49,132 bases of DNA from Chromera velia (GCA_018398765.1 JAHBMJ010000396.1:1-49132); one strand, 5' to 3'. Shown: positions 23,790 to 36,092, numbered from the stretch's first letter. Notes: generated by a model not told the origin, from the letters alone. Program-made: numbers and translations.

Positions 23790-24112
23790 CGTAAAGTAAC
23801 AGACAAGGCTTGCGGGCGCAGGATGTATAGACAAACGTGCAAAGCAATAATAATCTTGCACGCAAGTACAAGCGATAAATGCAGAATTAAATGTAGAACA
23901 AATTGCAATTAAAGCATGCTATTGCGGCCTTTTCTAAAGGTGCTCGTGCGTATATGCTTGATTTACCAACCGTCTCAAAGTGCAAAAGGCCTTTCCAATG
24001 GCCAAGAAGTAAGACCGGCGTACGTTTGACAGTTCTTCTCTGTAAACGAACACTAAGTTTCCGTTTGCCTGTCTGGGATCGTTCACACTTAATTCTAGAC
24101 CATATTCTTACA
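23790..24112 (+). repeat. 3' LTR of element B
   Basis: Preceded by the PPT AAGGAAAAAAAGAG; direct repeat of the 5' LTR. Confidence 0.95.
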
Positions 24113-24391
24113 GCTACTAGTATGTCCATCTGTTGCCAGAGCTAGCAGGGCGGGGCGTTCCTTAGCTAGGCTAATGTTGTCTTATATCACAGTAGCCGTC
24201 ACCCCATGGCCCCATGATCGATCCACTGTCGGGTTTCTAAATGTAGTAGTTGAAGTTACATTGTTACTGATTTCTAGATTGATTTAGCTCATTTATAGAC
24301 TTAAAATTATATAGTAACTTCCTTAATTGCTTGTATAATACTTCAGAAAGTTAACTAAAACACTGTCAATGTCACTGGTCTATATTAAAAG

Positions 24392-26776
24392 TGTTATGAA
24401 CCACCCTGGTTCATACCTAACATCCGGTTTGTGTATGCTTAATTATGTGCGTCACGGGTCAGCCTCATCCTTTATGGTGCAAGCAGTGCGCCGCCCTAGC
24501 TTGCAATGCCTGTCAGTCGGCCTCGGATGGCAATGGATGGCATGTGTATGGGCCTATCGCATTCATTGGCATATAGCGACTGATCGATCGATGTGTATCC
24601 TCACACTCAAAGAATATGATCGTTGTCCGTATCTTGTGATTGTGCTTGATACTGGACTGACATTTCTTCCTGACTGATGGAGTCCAACCTATGTGAATCT
24701 GTCAGCTAAGCCCACTAGTCGATCCTCCACCTTAATGGTTCTTATCATGGTAGCAGTCCTGGTTATATAGGTGTGACAGAAGGACTCCATAGGAGGTAAC
24801 CTGATTGAGCAGTCAGAGTTATATGCCCGATTTGCAGTACAGCTGAGCCGCGTCCTGAAAGCCCGCTGTTTTTCATTGGTGCATCTTCCATTGATTCACT
24901 CTCGGGCACTGTCTTCTTTTTTCTTAGACACTCGGCCATTTTACTTCAATCCTCTGACTCATTCCCGTCTCCTTTAAAATTTCCTTCCAGAAAATGACTT
25001 TTATTCTTCCTCGCGTTCTGGCATCCGTGAGAAATCTACAGCAGGCCTGTGCGTTGATCCTGCTCTTTTCGGTGACTGTGTGTGGGGGGACGTTCTTGGA
25101 CCTCCTCCGTGTGGCCGAAAAATTTTTGGACGTCTTGTAGAAGACTTCCTTTGTGGGCTATTCTGGCATTAAAATGAAGACAAACCGAAATTTTTTTTTT
25201 TAACCCGACAGGGGAAACAGCGTTCCTGTAGTACCCCATCCTCTTCCACCATTGAAGATGTCTGTGTTGCAGAAGCAGTTGGGGATGCAAAGGGCAAGAC
25301 TGCAGATGCAGTTGGGGGTGATAAGGATGAGACTACCCTACCCCCCTCCATTGATACTCTGTGTTTGACATCCGCCCCCCTACATAGACTCCAGCCTCCA
25401 GCTCCTGCCCAAATTGGTGTATAATCTCTTTCCACCATCGTTGAGGTCGAGGTGATGCCTTCTTTTCCTTCTGTTAAACTTTCTTCCTTTGACGCTGCAT
25501 GTGAGCAGCCCCCAGCAATAACGAATGGAGGTGGGCATGGCTCTCCCCCTACCCCGTCATTCAGCCCTGTATATTCTCTTGTTCTGTGTGACAGCGTGGC
25601 AGAGCAGCCGTCTTCTGTACATGACATTATATTCCGGGAGGAGACTAAGGTTGAAGCAGAGGTATACCCATGCATGGAGGAGCATCCTGTAACTCCTGTC
25701 TCCCCTCTTTCCCAGCAATCTGCCCCTCTTCCCCCCCAAAGGGAATCGCAGGGAAAGAAAAAGAATCAATCTCGTCATACACGCTGTAGGGCAAGTGTCC
25801 AAGAAAAAACCAAGCCAGAGGCAGGCATTCCTGCTTTCTTATGTAGCCCTCACACACTTCTACCAGATGAAGGAGCCCCATCTTCTTCCTACAAGGAAGT
25901 CTCTCCTTATCAGTATCCAGATGACCTACCGCTCATCACTTAGGTTAAATCCGCAGTCGATGAAGACAAGGATGGGCTTCCCTGTCCCGCCATCTTACCT
26001 GCACCCAACCTAATTTCCGAATCTAAGCAATCAAGTCCTCTTCTTTTCCCTATCATGAACACTTCAGAACCTCCTTGTTTTGTGCTAGCCAGTGCAGCGG
26101 TTGTTGCATCTGACTGTACCGTTCCGTCTCCAGCAGACCCGCACCCAGTCAAGAACCCCCAACCTTATGCAGACGTCAACCAACCAGAATCTGCAGTAGA
26201 TGAGTCTATCACCGATGTTCAGCGTCCTGAACTTTCAGAGCGCCCCCCTAAGTGGCAGAAGAAAGCAGACAAGCGTGCTGTGAAGAAAGAGAAGAAGAAG
26301 GGGAACGGGGGGTCGTTCAAAGAAGTCTGCCATCAGCCTGCCATGACAAGTGGTATGACCGCCATGCTATACAACGATGGCGTCGACTGGAGTCCCCAAA
26401 GAGTTGGACCGTGCTGCAACTACGGCATTTATGAGTCGGATTCCATGATGATGTTTACAGTTCGTTTCGGATCTCCGACCGTGGCTGGGGTGTACTCTCA
26501 GTCTGAGATCACTTGGAGGTGTAAGATAGGGGGGTGTTCTTCTGTCTGAGACATTACAGAGGACAGCATAGAGTCCGCACCATTATGTGCTTTACTTTGC
26601 TGTATTTACTTTTCGGTATGTCCGTCTGTTGAGTCTGCAATTTATTTGTTTGTTTATTTTATGCTCAGAGACTTTTAGACGTCCGTCTCCATTCGATGAA
26701 GTAAGAGAAATGAAAACAGCTGAGAGAGACAGATAGACAGAGAAAGAGAGAGCTAGAGAGAGAGAGAGAGAGTCTC

Positions 26777-26819
<43 letters not shown>

Positions 26820-28023
26820 TTGCGTCTTCTATCGTTTCCTGATGTTTCCTGTACTGATTTCTTTTTCTTTATTCCTCTCCCTCCCAACCTTTTTACACTA
26901 GCCAATCCGTTTGTCTCATTCCTCTTCCATCTCTGCCGTGCGGCTCACTTACGCTGCGAGAGACCTTTGCTGGTCCCTAGTCCCTAGCCCAGTCTGATGA
27001 GTCGAACTGTGTCACACTTCCTTTTTTTGCCCGTTTCCACCGTTCTTCAATTTGTCTTTTCGACACCTGCACTTGCAGTGCCACCGTCAACCATCGTCTA
27101 TCTTCTTTACTTTCACGTTGGCGTGTTTTGTGATAGACACACACACACACACACACATACCTACACATACACAAAGAAAATGAAAGAAGGAAAGAAAGAA
27201 AAGAAAACTCAGATGAAGAAGGAAGGAAGGAAGGAAGGAAGGAAGGAAAGAAAGAAAGCAAGAAAGCAAGAAAGAAAGAAAGAAAAAGAAAAGGGATGTA
27301 TGTTATGAACCACCCTGGTTCATACCTAACGTCTGGCTTGTATATGCTTAATTGTATGCGTCGCGGGTCAGCCTCGTCCCTTGCGGTGCAAGCAGCGCGC
27401 TGCCCTAGCTTGCAGTCGGCCCCGGATGGCATGTATGCAGGACTATCGAATTCATTGGCATGCAGCAACTGATTGATCGATGTGTATCCTCACACCCAAA
27501 GAGTATGACAGAGATGTTAAATTGATTTAGCACTAAAGCTAAGCCAAAAAAGAGCCTTTGACTGGCTGATTGGCTGAAGTTAGCCAAACATTCAAACATG
27601 TTTCTTATGATGCTAAATCAAAATTCATCTACAAAAAAGCTTGTTTTCTAAGGGAAAATGACCCCTTAAAAGAAAAAATTTTCCCATCTAAACTCAGTTT
27701 TTTTACTCATACAAACAGAATATACTCACCAAAACTCAAAGGAACAGTAACCAATATACACTCAACACTTTTAGCACTAGTTAGCACTGGCATTGGCTAA
27801 GCTGGAAAATAATCTTTGGCTAGCTACTAGTAAGCCAATGGCTAAGCCAATCATTTTACAACTCTGGAGTATGATCGTTGTCCTTATCCCATGATTGTGC
27901 TTGATACTAGTACGTACTGGACTGACATTTCCTCCTGACTGATGGAGTCTAACCTATGTGAATCTGTCAGCTAAGCCCACTAGTCGATCCTCTACCTTAA
28001 TCAGATCATGATGGTTCTTATCA
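24392..28023 (+). mobile_element. Non-autonomous LTR element (element C)
   Basis: TG...CA LTRs at 24392-24747 and 27301-28023; TSD AAAAG on both sides; PBS TGGTAGCAG (initiator-Met-like) at 24748; purine tract before 27301. No recognisable gag or pol inside. Confidence 0.9.
27509..27866. mobile_element. hAT-type MITE inserted in the 3' LTR of element C
   Basis: 8-bp TSD GAGTATGA (27501-27508 and 27867-27874). Imperfect TIRs CAGAGATGTTAAATTGATT and CAGAGTTGTAAAATGATT. Absent from the 5' LTR. Confidence 0.88.
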
Positions 28024-28630
28024 AAAAGTCCCCCCTGCAAACGGCAAGGGTTATATAAAAAATGCGCCGCATCGCTGAAACTTATGACCGTACTCCAGCA
28101 TGTCAGTCACTTTAGTAATCACTTTAATTTTTTAGTTAAGTTTTTTTTTTTTTTTAGCCGGACATTATTTAATTGCCTTTGTATGTCATAATAATGAAAG
28201 TTTAGATAAAAGTCTCATCGCCGTAGTACTGTGGTTTTCATAAGTTGAGTCATGATATCTTAGTTTTAGACTTTTAGTGGCTTTCAACCAACACATACAG
28301 TTTAGAGTCGTGAAAGTTAATCTGAGGGGTAGATCTAAGGATGCCAGTGGATTTTCTAGTGGATTTCTAGATTCATTCGCCACTGCGTTCAAGTTTTGCT
28401 AAGTTTTGCTGCAAAGATACTGAAGGAATGAAGACAACTTGAAGAAGGAAAAAAAGGGACGGAGCTGTCGGCAAAAAGTGACATGAGGAACGTGCAAGAA
28501 GCCCTTTACCTCGCCTCACTTCCGCGCCTTGGGTGGCGAAAGAACAGACGCACAGATCGGGCCAAGGCACCGCTTCCCTCACTTCACTTCATCCCCCCTC
28601 AAAACGACCTAAAAGAATGCCGTTGCATGC

Positions 28631-28713
28631 ATGCAGGGCCCTGAAAGAAATCAGTGCCGCCCTCCCCTCGACAAAAAGGGTTTCTGGGCAGCACTTCGCA
28701 CAGGGGGCTGCAC
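28631..28713 (-). promoter_or_regulatory. Candidate form-2 SECIS element with non-canonical GCGA core
   Basis: The minus strand reads GTGCAG CC CCCTG TG CGAA GTGCTGCCC AG AAA CCCTT TTTGTC GAGGG GA GGGCGGCAC TGAT TTCTTT CAGGG CC CTGCAT. This gives helix I, a GA/GA core, an 11-nt spacer to an unpaired AAA, and an apical mini-helix. Confidence 0.7.
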
Positions 28714-29620
28714 ATCCCTTACCTCTTCCTCTTCTTGTGCCCTCCTCCCCCCAAAGGAACCCTCACCGTCACAGTGACGGCGACCGAATCTTTCGACGAT
28801 CCGACACTGCAGGCGCACAGGAAGCCCCCCTCTCGGTATGCCAGCGAGAGGGAAAGGGGCCCCGGCAGCATTCTGTTCTTTCCGCAGTGGGCCTCAACTC
28901 TGGGGTTGTTCCCTTGAAGGGCATTGCTCACAGACATGAATGAGGTTCGTTTTCTTTGACTACTACTTGTGCGTACATCCATCCGTCCGTCACGTGCACA
29001 GGTGGGTGTTCTCTTTGGTCGGTCCAGCTGGTCGGTTGGTCAAGTTTCAGACAGGCTGTCTATTCTTGAAATGATTCCTCTATTTCTTCCGTCAGCTTTC
29101 TTGACTTCCTGCGATACTCCTTCCTTGATGCCTCCGAATACATCGCTTCTCTTCTTTTCGCTGCCTACTTGAGTGACCCCCTTTTCGCGTCCCCACTCAC
29201 GTACTTCAACCTGGTTTTTTCGTCTCACGGACTTCACTTCATTGTTGCAAGACTCCCTGCCAATTCCTTACAGAACAATGCCGAGTGCAAAAGAATACAT
29301 GGCTTTAAAAGCCCACTCAATTCACCTCCCAAACAGAAGCAAAAGCACAGGAACGCAAAAAAAAGTCTCCCGCCCTCCACGCCTTGCTCCACCCTCAAAG
29401 TGACTACGGTGCGCACGTACACCCTTTTCATTTTCTCCTCTTTCCTCGTCAAAGACACCAGAGAGAATCTTCAGAACCCCCTCCGAGTTTCTGTCCCCGC
29501 AAACAGAGAAAAAGAAAGAACAGGAACACAACTACACATCCCCCCCCCCACTGCCGGCCCTCGAAGACCCCACACAGACAGCTGTTCGTTCGTGTCTGCA
29601 TGCTGTGGAGGGAGATCTAT

Positions 29621-30130
29621 CTAGGCCACCGCCGTCTCTCTGGAGATCCCCAGTCTGGCCAGAACCTCGACAGCCTCCGGGTGTTCGTTCGGGACTCTGT
29701 CCTTGAAGGCGTACACCAGACGACCTGTCTTGTCAATCAGGAAGGTCCCTGCAGGAGGGAGGGATCGAGACAGGCAGGATCGAGAGAATGCGTGCATGGT
29801 GGGGGGGGATGCAGCAGCATCCTTGCGTGCGTCCATGCAAAAAAACCTCGCTCATAACATGTGCTTAAGGTGCAGGACCATGCACGTGGCTCGGTTCGTC
29901 CTTGAAATCAAATCCGGGTTTTGAGCGTGTCATCCATCACTCTTGAGGGATTTCGGGAACTCATAAACGCTGCAGTAGAACCTTCAGAGCGAAAAAAGGA
30001 GACGGCACTCTATCGAGGCATATGCAGAGAATTTGGCGACAAGCGGCCGGCACAGATTGGTAGAGAGGCGCCGAGACCGGGTAGGACTCTCGAAGGAAGG
30101 AAGGAAGGGAAGGAAGGAAGGAAGGAAGGA

Positions 30131-30161
<31 letters not shown>

Positions 30162-32643
30162 GGAAGAAAGGAAGAACTGAACCTCTCGGAAAGGGTAGCA
30201 GGAGACAGGAGAAGGACGCGACAGATATGGAACACTCGATGCCAACCTTTCCTCCCTGCACTTTCTTTCACCGTCTTCTTGTCCTTCGATCAGTTGCACG
30301 GCCGTCGCGTGAATCCCTCTACATATGTATGTCTGCATACAGGAACGCATCTCAGAAGTAAACCCTACTAACCTCCCTGCTGCTTCACTGTCTCTGCATC
30401 CTTTGGTTGCACCGCCGTCACATCGTATCCCTTCATGACATCAGACAGCTTAGCGATGCCCTTCTGCAGCTCTGCAAAGGCAGTGAAGGGGTTCAGCAGC
30501 AGCTTGAAGAAGTTGTAGTTGTCAAGTTTCACAGGGACTCCGATGTCCTCCAACAGACCCATCGCCTTGTAAGCGCTGCAGCATGAGTGAGTAACATGTG
30601 GGGAATTTGAAGAGAGAGCAAAACGTATTTTTTTGTTTCTCTGCTCGTCTTTTCCGTTCCCGACAATCTCGGATAAGCCTGCTACCAGCTTGCGAACACT
30701 CAAGAGAAAATTCAAGAGAGAAAGGGAGAGGGAGAGAGACAGAGAGAGAGGGGGAGAAGGCGTCCTTTGGTTCGAGACCGCACTCAGTCAGGCACACGTT
30801 GAATAATCAAATTTGAGCATAAATCCTCTCCTGGCCTTTCCATTCTTTTTCATGCATCGTCTAGCTTCCAATCTTCTTTCTGCGAAGAAGTACTTTTCGC
30901 TGCTTCTCCCTCCTATTCGAAAAGAAGCCCCGCACCTGCACCTGCAGCATTTCGTTCCCTCCACCGACAAAAGCACACAGGATCTAGCTGTGTGCACTGA
31001 CAAAAGACAATCGAGAAGTTGGGTCCTAGCACTAGTAGGTCCTCTGACAGAGGACGGAAGATTGCTGCGAAAAGACACAGCAACGGAACCAGCCTAGCGA
31101 GAGTTTTCTCCCAATTGTCATGTCATGACACTACGCAAGCGACCACCTCCCGGAAGGGCTTTGCAGACGGAGCAACAATACCCCACCCACCCACTCCAAC
31201 CACTTCCCTGTACCCCTTTCCCTTTTCGTACAAGAGAAGTTTCGCGTGCACCTTATTCATGGAACCAGAGACCGAAACCATTGAACAAATGGTAGACATA
31301 AGAATACCGAATACTGTATCTCTCTCTCTCTCTCACACACAGCCTGGTTTGACGAACGAGACTTCGCGAAGGGTCTCAAGGCTTTCAAGAAGTCCCGATG
31401 GGGACACATCCCCATCGAGTCGGGAATCGATAAAGAAAGAATTTGAAGGATGTTCACAACAGTCAACAGAAATCGACGTACCTTGGCACTCTAGACGACG
31501 AGAGGAGAAAGCTCCATGAATTTCAAAAGAAAGAGAGAGAGAGAGACAGGGAGAGAGGGGAAGAGAGAAAGAGAGATGGAGACAGAAAGAGAAAGACAGA
31601 AAGAGCCAGAGAGAGACAGAGAGAGACAGCAAGCCATCAACTGACTGACACTCTGTCGGGGTCCACAAAGAAGGAGGCGGGCCCAAACGCCCCCGTCTTC
31701 TCCACCACGAACCTTCCCTGCTCTGGCTTCCCCACAGCCACCAGCACAACGTCCACCTTCGACACAGGATTGTTGTCCATCAGGTCCTTCAATTCATAAA
31801 TTTCTTTGGCATACTCCCTGCACACATTCAAGGAGCTAGGAGACGGGATCTGAGAGACGGTACGGAGACGGAGACTCCGTGAAAGACAGGGGAAAGACCC
31901 AGGAGACGGCAGGAAAGGAGGGAAAACAGAACAGCAGGCAAAGTTTGTATCACGCAGCAATGGAACGCCTGTAGGGTGAGAAAAGGCGAGATCGAGGCTC
32001 TTTCGTGGAGGGTTCAGGAGACGGCATTCGAGAGAGAGCCTCGTGCAGTTGACGGTGCGTTATAGCAGCAAAGAGCAGTTGTGGAGGTGACGAAGCGTCA
32101 AATGAGCCAAGGCACCAAACACTGGCCACCCATACTTGGCGAGTGGGCCAGACACACAGTCTCACGGAGACGGGATCGACTCTACTGCATGCGTACCAGC
32201 AGAAGGGTCAGCCCACATGGCGAAGGAAAACCACGAGGGCTGCGCTCTCTCCCTTGATGTGACGGTCCAGCACGTCTCTCACAAGCGTGGCAGATCCGTC
32301 ATCTGCAAACACAAAAATAAGAGACTTGTCATCTGCAGCACTCGTGCAAACAGAGGCACACGCTCACAACGCGTAGGTAGGCATTCCCGTCTCTTCCACT
32401 CCTGAAGCCCTACCGACCGATTGCGTACAGCGTCTGGTCCCGGAGAGTCTCCACAATCGAGGGGTTCGCATCCAAAACCTGGGACGCTTCGTTGGGAAGG
32501 TCGGCCACACGCAGGGCGGTGGTTTTCCTTCCCGCATCCGCAGCTTGCCGCCCAGCACCCGCTAAAGTGCCAGTGCGGAGCACGAAGCTCTGCGTGACTG
32601 CGCACGCAAGCAGGCCCAAAAGGGCAACGAAATTCCACGACAT
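29621..32643 (-). CDS. Peroxiredoxin-like AhpC/TSA_2 (SelU/PRXL2-like) selenoprotein, predicted plastid-targeted; 5 exons
   Basis: Exons 32643-32418, 32302-32197, 31817-31650, 30575-30373 and 29748-29621 are all GT-AG and phase-compatible (831 nt). Motifs are VVFLRHVG-U-PFCWEY, FFVDPDR.AYKAMGL and QQGGTFLID...HP. The TGA is at 32210-32208. Confidence 0.88.
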
Positions 32644-33161
32644 CGAGCAGTCTCCAGTCTATTTCTCTACTCAGGTTCCGGAAAAATGGCAGACAACGAA
32701 AGAGGTGCAGAGCTTTCGGATGACAATTGAACGCGCGACTTTGCTCCTTCTTGTGATTTCCAGTGTATACGTGCACGGCAAAATAATCGACGCACGCAAG
32801 TCTATACGGCAAGTAACACCATGCATTGACGCACGGCAAAGCGCGCAGAACGAGCGCCGCGGCCTTCGCGGTTTTTTTTAATTAATTAATTTTGCGCACG
32901 TTTTCTTGAATGTGTATATATATATATGGCCGGAACGTATTAATATAGTTTGTGTCAAAGATGTCCATGTTCCGACCCCTAAAGGGACAGGAGCATCCTA
33001 AAAACAGTCTTCTGGAAGTCTGGGAGTCATTTTACACTTTGAGACGCTCACTGGTTCCTGCCTCGCTTAACCTGTTTTCACTCACTCACCTGCCTGCACT
33101 TCTTCTCCCTCTCTACATATTTTCGCTTTCTTCCCTGCTGAGCGCGTTCGATCGGTAAAAA

Positions 33162-33764
33162 ATGAGCCGGGAATTGTACCCCGAGCTACAGGAGGCAGTG
33201 GCAAAAACGCGGCTCTGCCGCCACCACCAGAACGGATTCTGCGCGAGGGGCCAGAAGTGTCAATTTGCTCATGGTCAGACTCAGCCAGATCTTCATGCAA
33301 CTCTAACAAAAAGTCAGCAAATCACTCATTCTTGGTCTGTTTGCATTCTCTTTCATACGCAATTGGCTCTGCAGGAATCCATCAGCTCCGACAGCCCGTT
33401 GACTTCAGAAAGACCGCCAGATGTCGGAACATCTACGCAGGGCGACCTTGCACGGCCGGATCACTCTGTCGCTTTGCGCACACGCCCCCCTCAGTGCAGA
33501 GGGTCACGAATCTAGGCGCAAGCATCCTGCAGGAAAAGGTTTCTCTTGGTCTCAGCCTCCACGGAACCTTATCCAAACTTTAGAGACCCCTGAGGTCGAT
33601 GACCAGAAGGCCTTATCCAGAATCGAAGAGGTCGGCTTTCCACCCTCTGCCCGGCTCTCTATCATGACTGTATTTTGTATGCCCCTCTCGAGTGCTTTCC
33701 CTCCTTTCGATTTGTTTGTGAATATTTGTGCGACCGCAAGTGCACCTGTATTAGCCTATGGTAG

Positions 33765-33812
<48 letters not shown>

Positions 33813-34018
33813 TATAAGAGAGAGAGAGAGAGAGAGTCTGCGTGTGTGTCCGCGTGTGTGTATGTGTGTGTGTATTTGTGCGTGCATAAGCGTTTATGTG
33901 TATGTGCCAGTGTATGTGTATGTGTGTGTGTGTATGTATATGTGTGATGCGCTGGATGTCTATGTGTATTGTATGTGTGAGTGTGTATACGTGTATGTAT
34001 GATTGTGTGTGTAAGTGT

Positions 34019-34052
<34 letters not shown>

Positions 34053-34265
34053 ACATATGCCATTCAACTGCAGGAAATCCAGAAGCTCGAAAAGGAAAGA
34101 GACAGGATCAAAAGTCTTAGAGCTGTGATGGCAGCCGAGGTCCGTTTTCTCTTCCTTTCCTCCCTCCATCCCTTCTCCCCTCGCCCCTCCGCCCTCCCTT
34201 CGGTCCTCCTTTCCTTGCTTATTTGTGTCTCGGCTTCTTTCCTTTCCTTTCCTTCCTTCCTTCCT

Positions 34266-34298
<33 letters not shown>

Positions 34299-34730
34299 AC
34301 CTCCTTCCTGATTGCCTGCCTTCCTGCCTGCTTGACTTCAGAATATGCTTTCCCTGCATGAAAACTTTGTTTGTCGCCTCCTCTGTTCCTTTCTCCCTTT
34401 CTTGCTCCCGGCCTTTTTCGGAAACCGAACGTGTCTGCTGCCATCTCTTTGCGCATGCATGTCGAGCTATGTTGACGTGCCCACCGCTTAATTCGACTGT
34501 CCGACAAGGTGTTTGGTTTTTGCATCTTCGCAGGCTACGACAGCGGCAACATACGACACTCCTCAATGCCCCACCCTAAGCCAGTGGCAGAACGGACGAC
34601 GACAAAAACTAAGGGTCAACAACTTGGCAATGCAGGTGGGCATAAACTTTGGGTTGCGCTGCACCCCAGTCTATTGATGTTTTCCTGATTCTGGTCGGTG
34701 CAGGTAGGCGACACTTTGAACACGACGTGA
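33162..34730 (+). CDS. Tandem CCCH zinc-finger protein (multi-exon)
   Basis: Exon 33162-33273 encodes KTRLCRHHQNGFCARGQKCQFAHG. Exon 33375-33538 encodes RKTARCRNIYAGRPCTAGSLCRFAH. Downstream exons are less certain. Confidence 0.75.
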
Positions 34731-34779
34731 CAGGGCTGGCGACAAAGCAGGAAGAGACAGCGAAAGAGACGCAGCGAGA

Positions 34780-35235
34780 GCAGAGAAACGAATTTTTTAT
34801 GACAGCCAGCCAGCCATGATTGTATCAAAACACGTTTGTCGTGGCAAATGCCAGACTGCGTGAGGGGGGCAGCGAAAGAGTTTGAAGGAAGAGAAAGCGA
34901 CGGAGAGGGAGCAGAGAAACGAATTTTATATGACAGCCAGCCAGCCGTGATTGTATCAAAACACGTTTGTCGTGGCAAATGCCAGACTGCGTGGGGGGGG
35001 CCCCGAAAGAGTTTGAAGGAAGAGAAAGCGATGGAGAGGGAGCAGAAAAACGAATTTTATATGACAGCCAGCCAGCCATGATTGTATCAAAACACGTTTG
35101 TCGTGGCAAATGCCAGACTGCGTGAGGGGGGCAGTGAAAGAGTTTGAAGGAAGAGAAAGCGACGGAGCGGGAGCAGAGAGACAAATTTTAAAACTTTCAG
35201 CCATGTTTATATCAAAACACGTTTGTCGTGGCAAA
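34780..35235. repeat. ~131-bp tandem minisatellite, about 3.5 copies
   Basis: GCAGAGAAACGAATTT...ATCAAAACACGTTTGTCGTGGCAAATGCCAGACTGCGTG recurs near 34780, 34911, 35042 and 35172. Confidence 0.9.
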
Positions 35236-35802
35236 CTCCAGGCCGGTTTTCTGGATGACCACAGAGATTCGCATTCACAGAATTTGCTTTAACTTGATTG
35301 ACTCATGTGGCACGTGATGGCTGTTTGTCTTTGATTGGGTCACTCATGTTGCCTGCCTGATGTTGTGCGTGTCGTTTTGGTGTGTTCAAGTGTATCCACA
35401 CAGGGTAGCACACAGGTGGTTTATGATGTTATGAAGCTCTTTTTGAATCAGTCGTGTTCGCGCCTGCAAGTCCATAGGTCTTCCTGCTCACAAAAGAACC
35501 TTCAATGTTTCTTGCGAATTTGTCTCTTTTCATGCTTCTATGAGTCCGTGTTGTAGCCTTGCAGGGATGCTGCAGGTATGGACCTAGCTCGAAGTCCTTG
35601 ACTTCTCTGAGGCTCTTGCACTCAATCGACTCATGATTTGGTCAGTCACTTACAACATAAAGTGGATCCCCTCGCACTGCATGCATGATATACATGCAGG
35701 GTCCTGTCAGTGAGCGTCGAGAGAGGAGCAGGTCGAGGGACAGGGACAGGGATCTCCCTTCCCCCCGCGGATTTCGTGACGTCTCCCCCCCCCCGGATCT
35801 CG

Positions 35803-36092
35803 NNNNNNNNNNNNNNNNNNNNNNNNNNNNNNNNNNNNNNNNNNNNNNNNNNNNNNNNNNNNNNNNNNNNNNNNNNNNNNNNNNNNNNNNNNNNNNNNNN
35901 NNNNNNNNNNNNNNNNNNNNNNNNNNNNNNNNNNNNNNNNNNNNNNNNNNNNNNNNNNNNNNNNNNNNNNNNNNNNNNNNNNNNNNNNNNNNNNNNNNNN
36001 NNNNNNNNNNNNNNNNNNNNNNNNNNNNNNNNNNNNNNNNNNNNNNNNNNNNNNNNNNNNNNNNNNNNNNNNNNNNNNNNNNNNNNNNNNNN
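35803..36092. other. Assembly gap
   Basis: Run of N, flanked by repeated CCCCCGGATTTCG-like motifs. Confidence 0.95.

Larger units (their letters stand above)
18068..24112 (+). mobile_element. Full-length degenerate Ty1/copia LTR retrotransposon (element B)
   Basis: LTRs at 18068-18383 and 23790-24112; 5-bp TSD GCTAC (18063-18067 and 24113-24117); PBS and PPT present; gag-IN-RT-RH order. Confidence 0.95.

Noticed and set aside
28869..28942. Alternative GUGA-core SECIS hairpin on the minus strand
   Set aside because: Helix II has several mismatches and the core is out of register. The 28631-28713 hairpin fits much better.
32208..32210. TGA as a pseudogenising nonsense mutation or as Trp
   Set aside because: It sits at the catalytic Cys position, the rest of the gene is intact, a SECIS-like hairpin follows, and Trp is encoded by TGG in the same motif.
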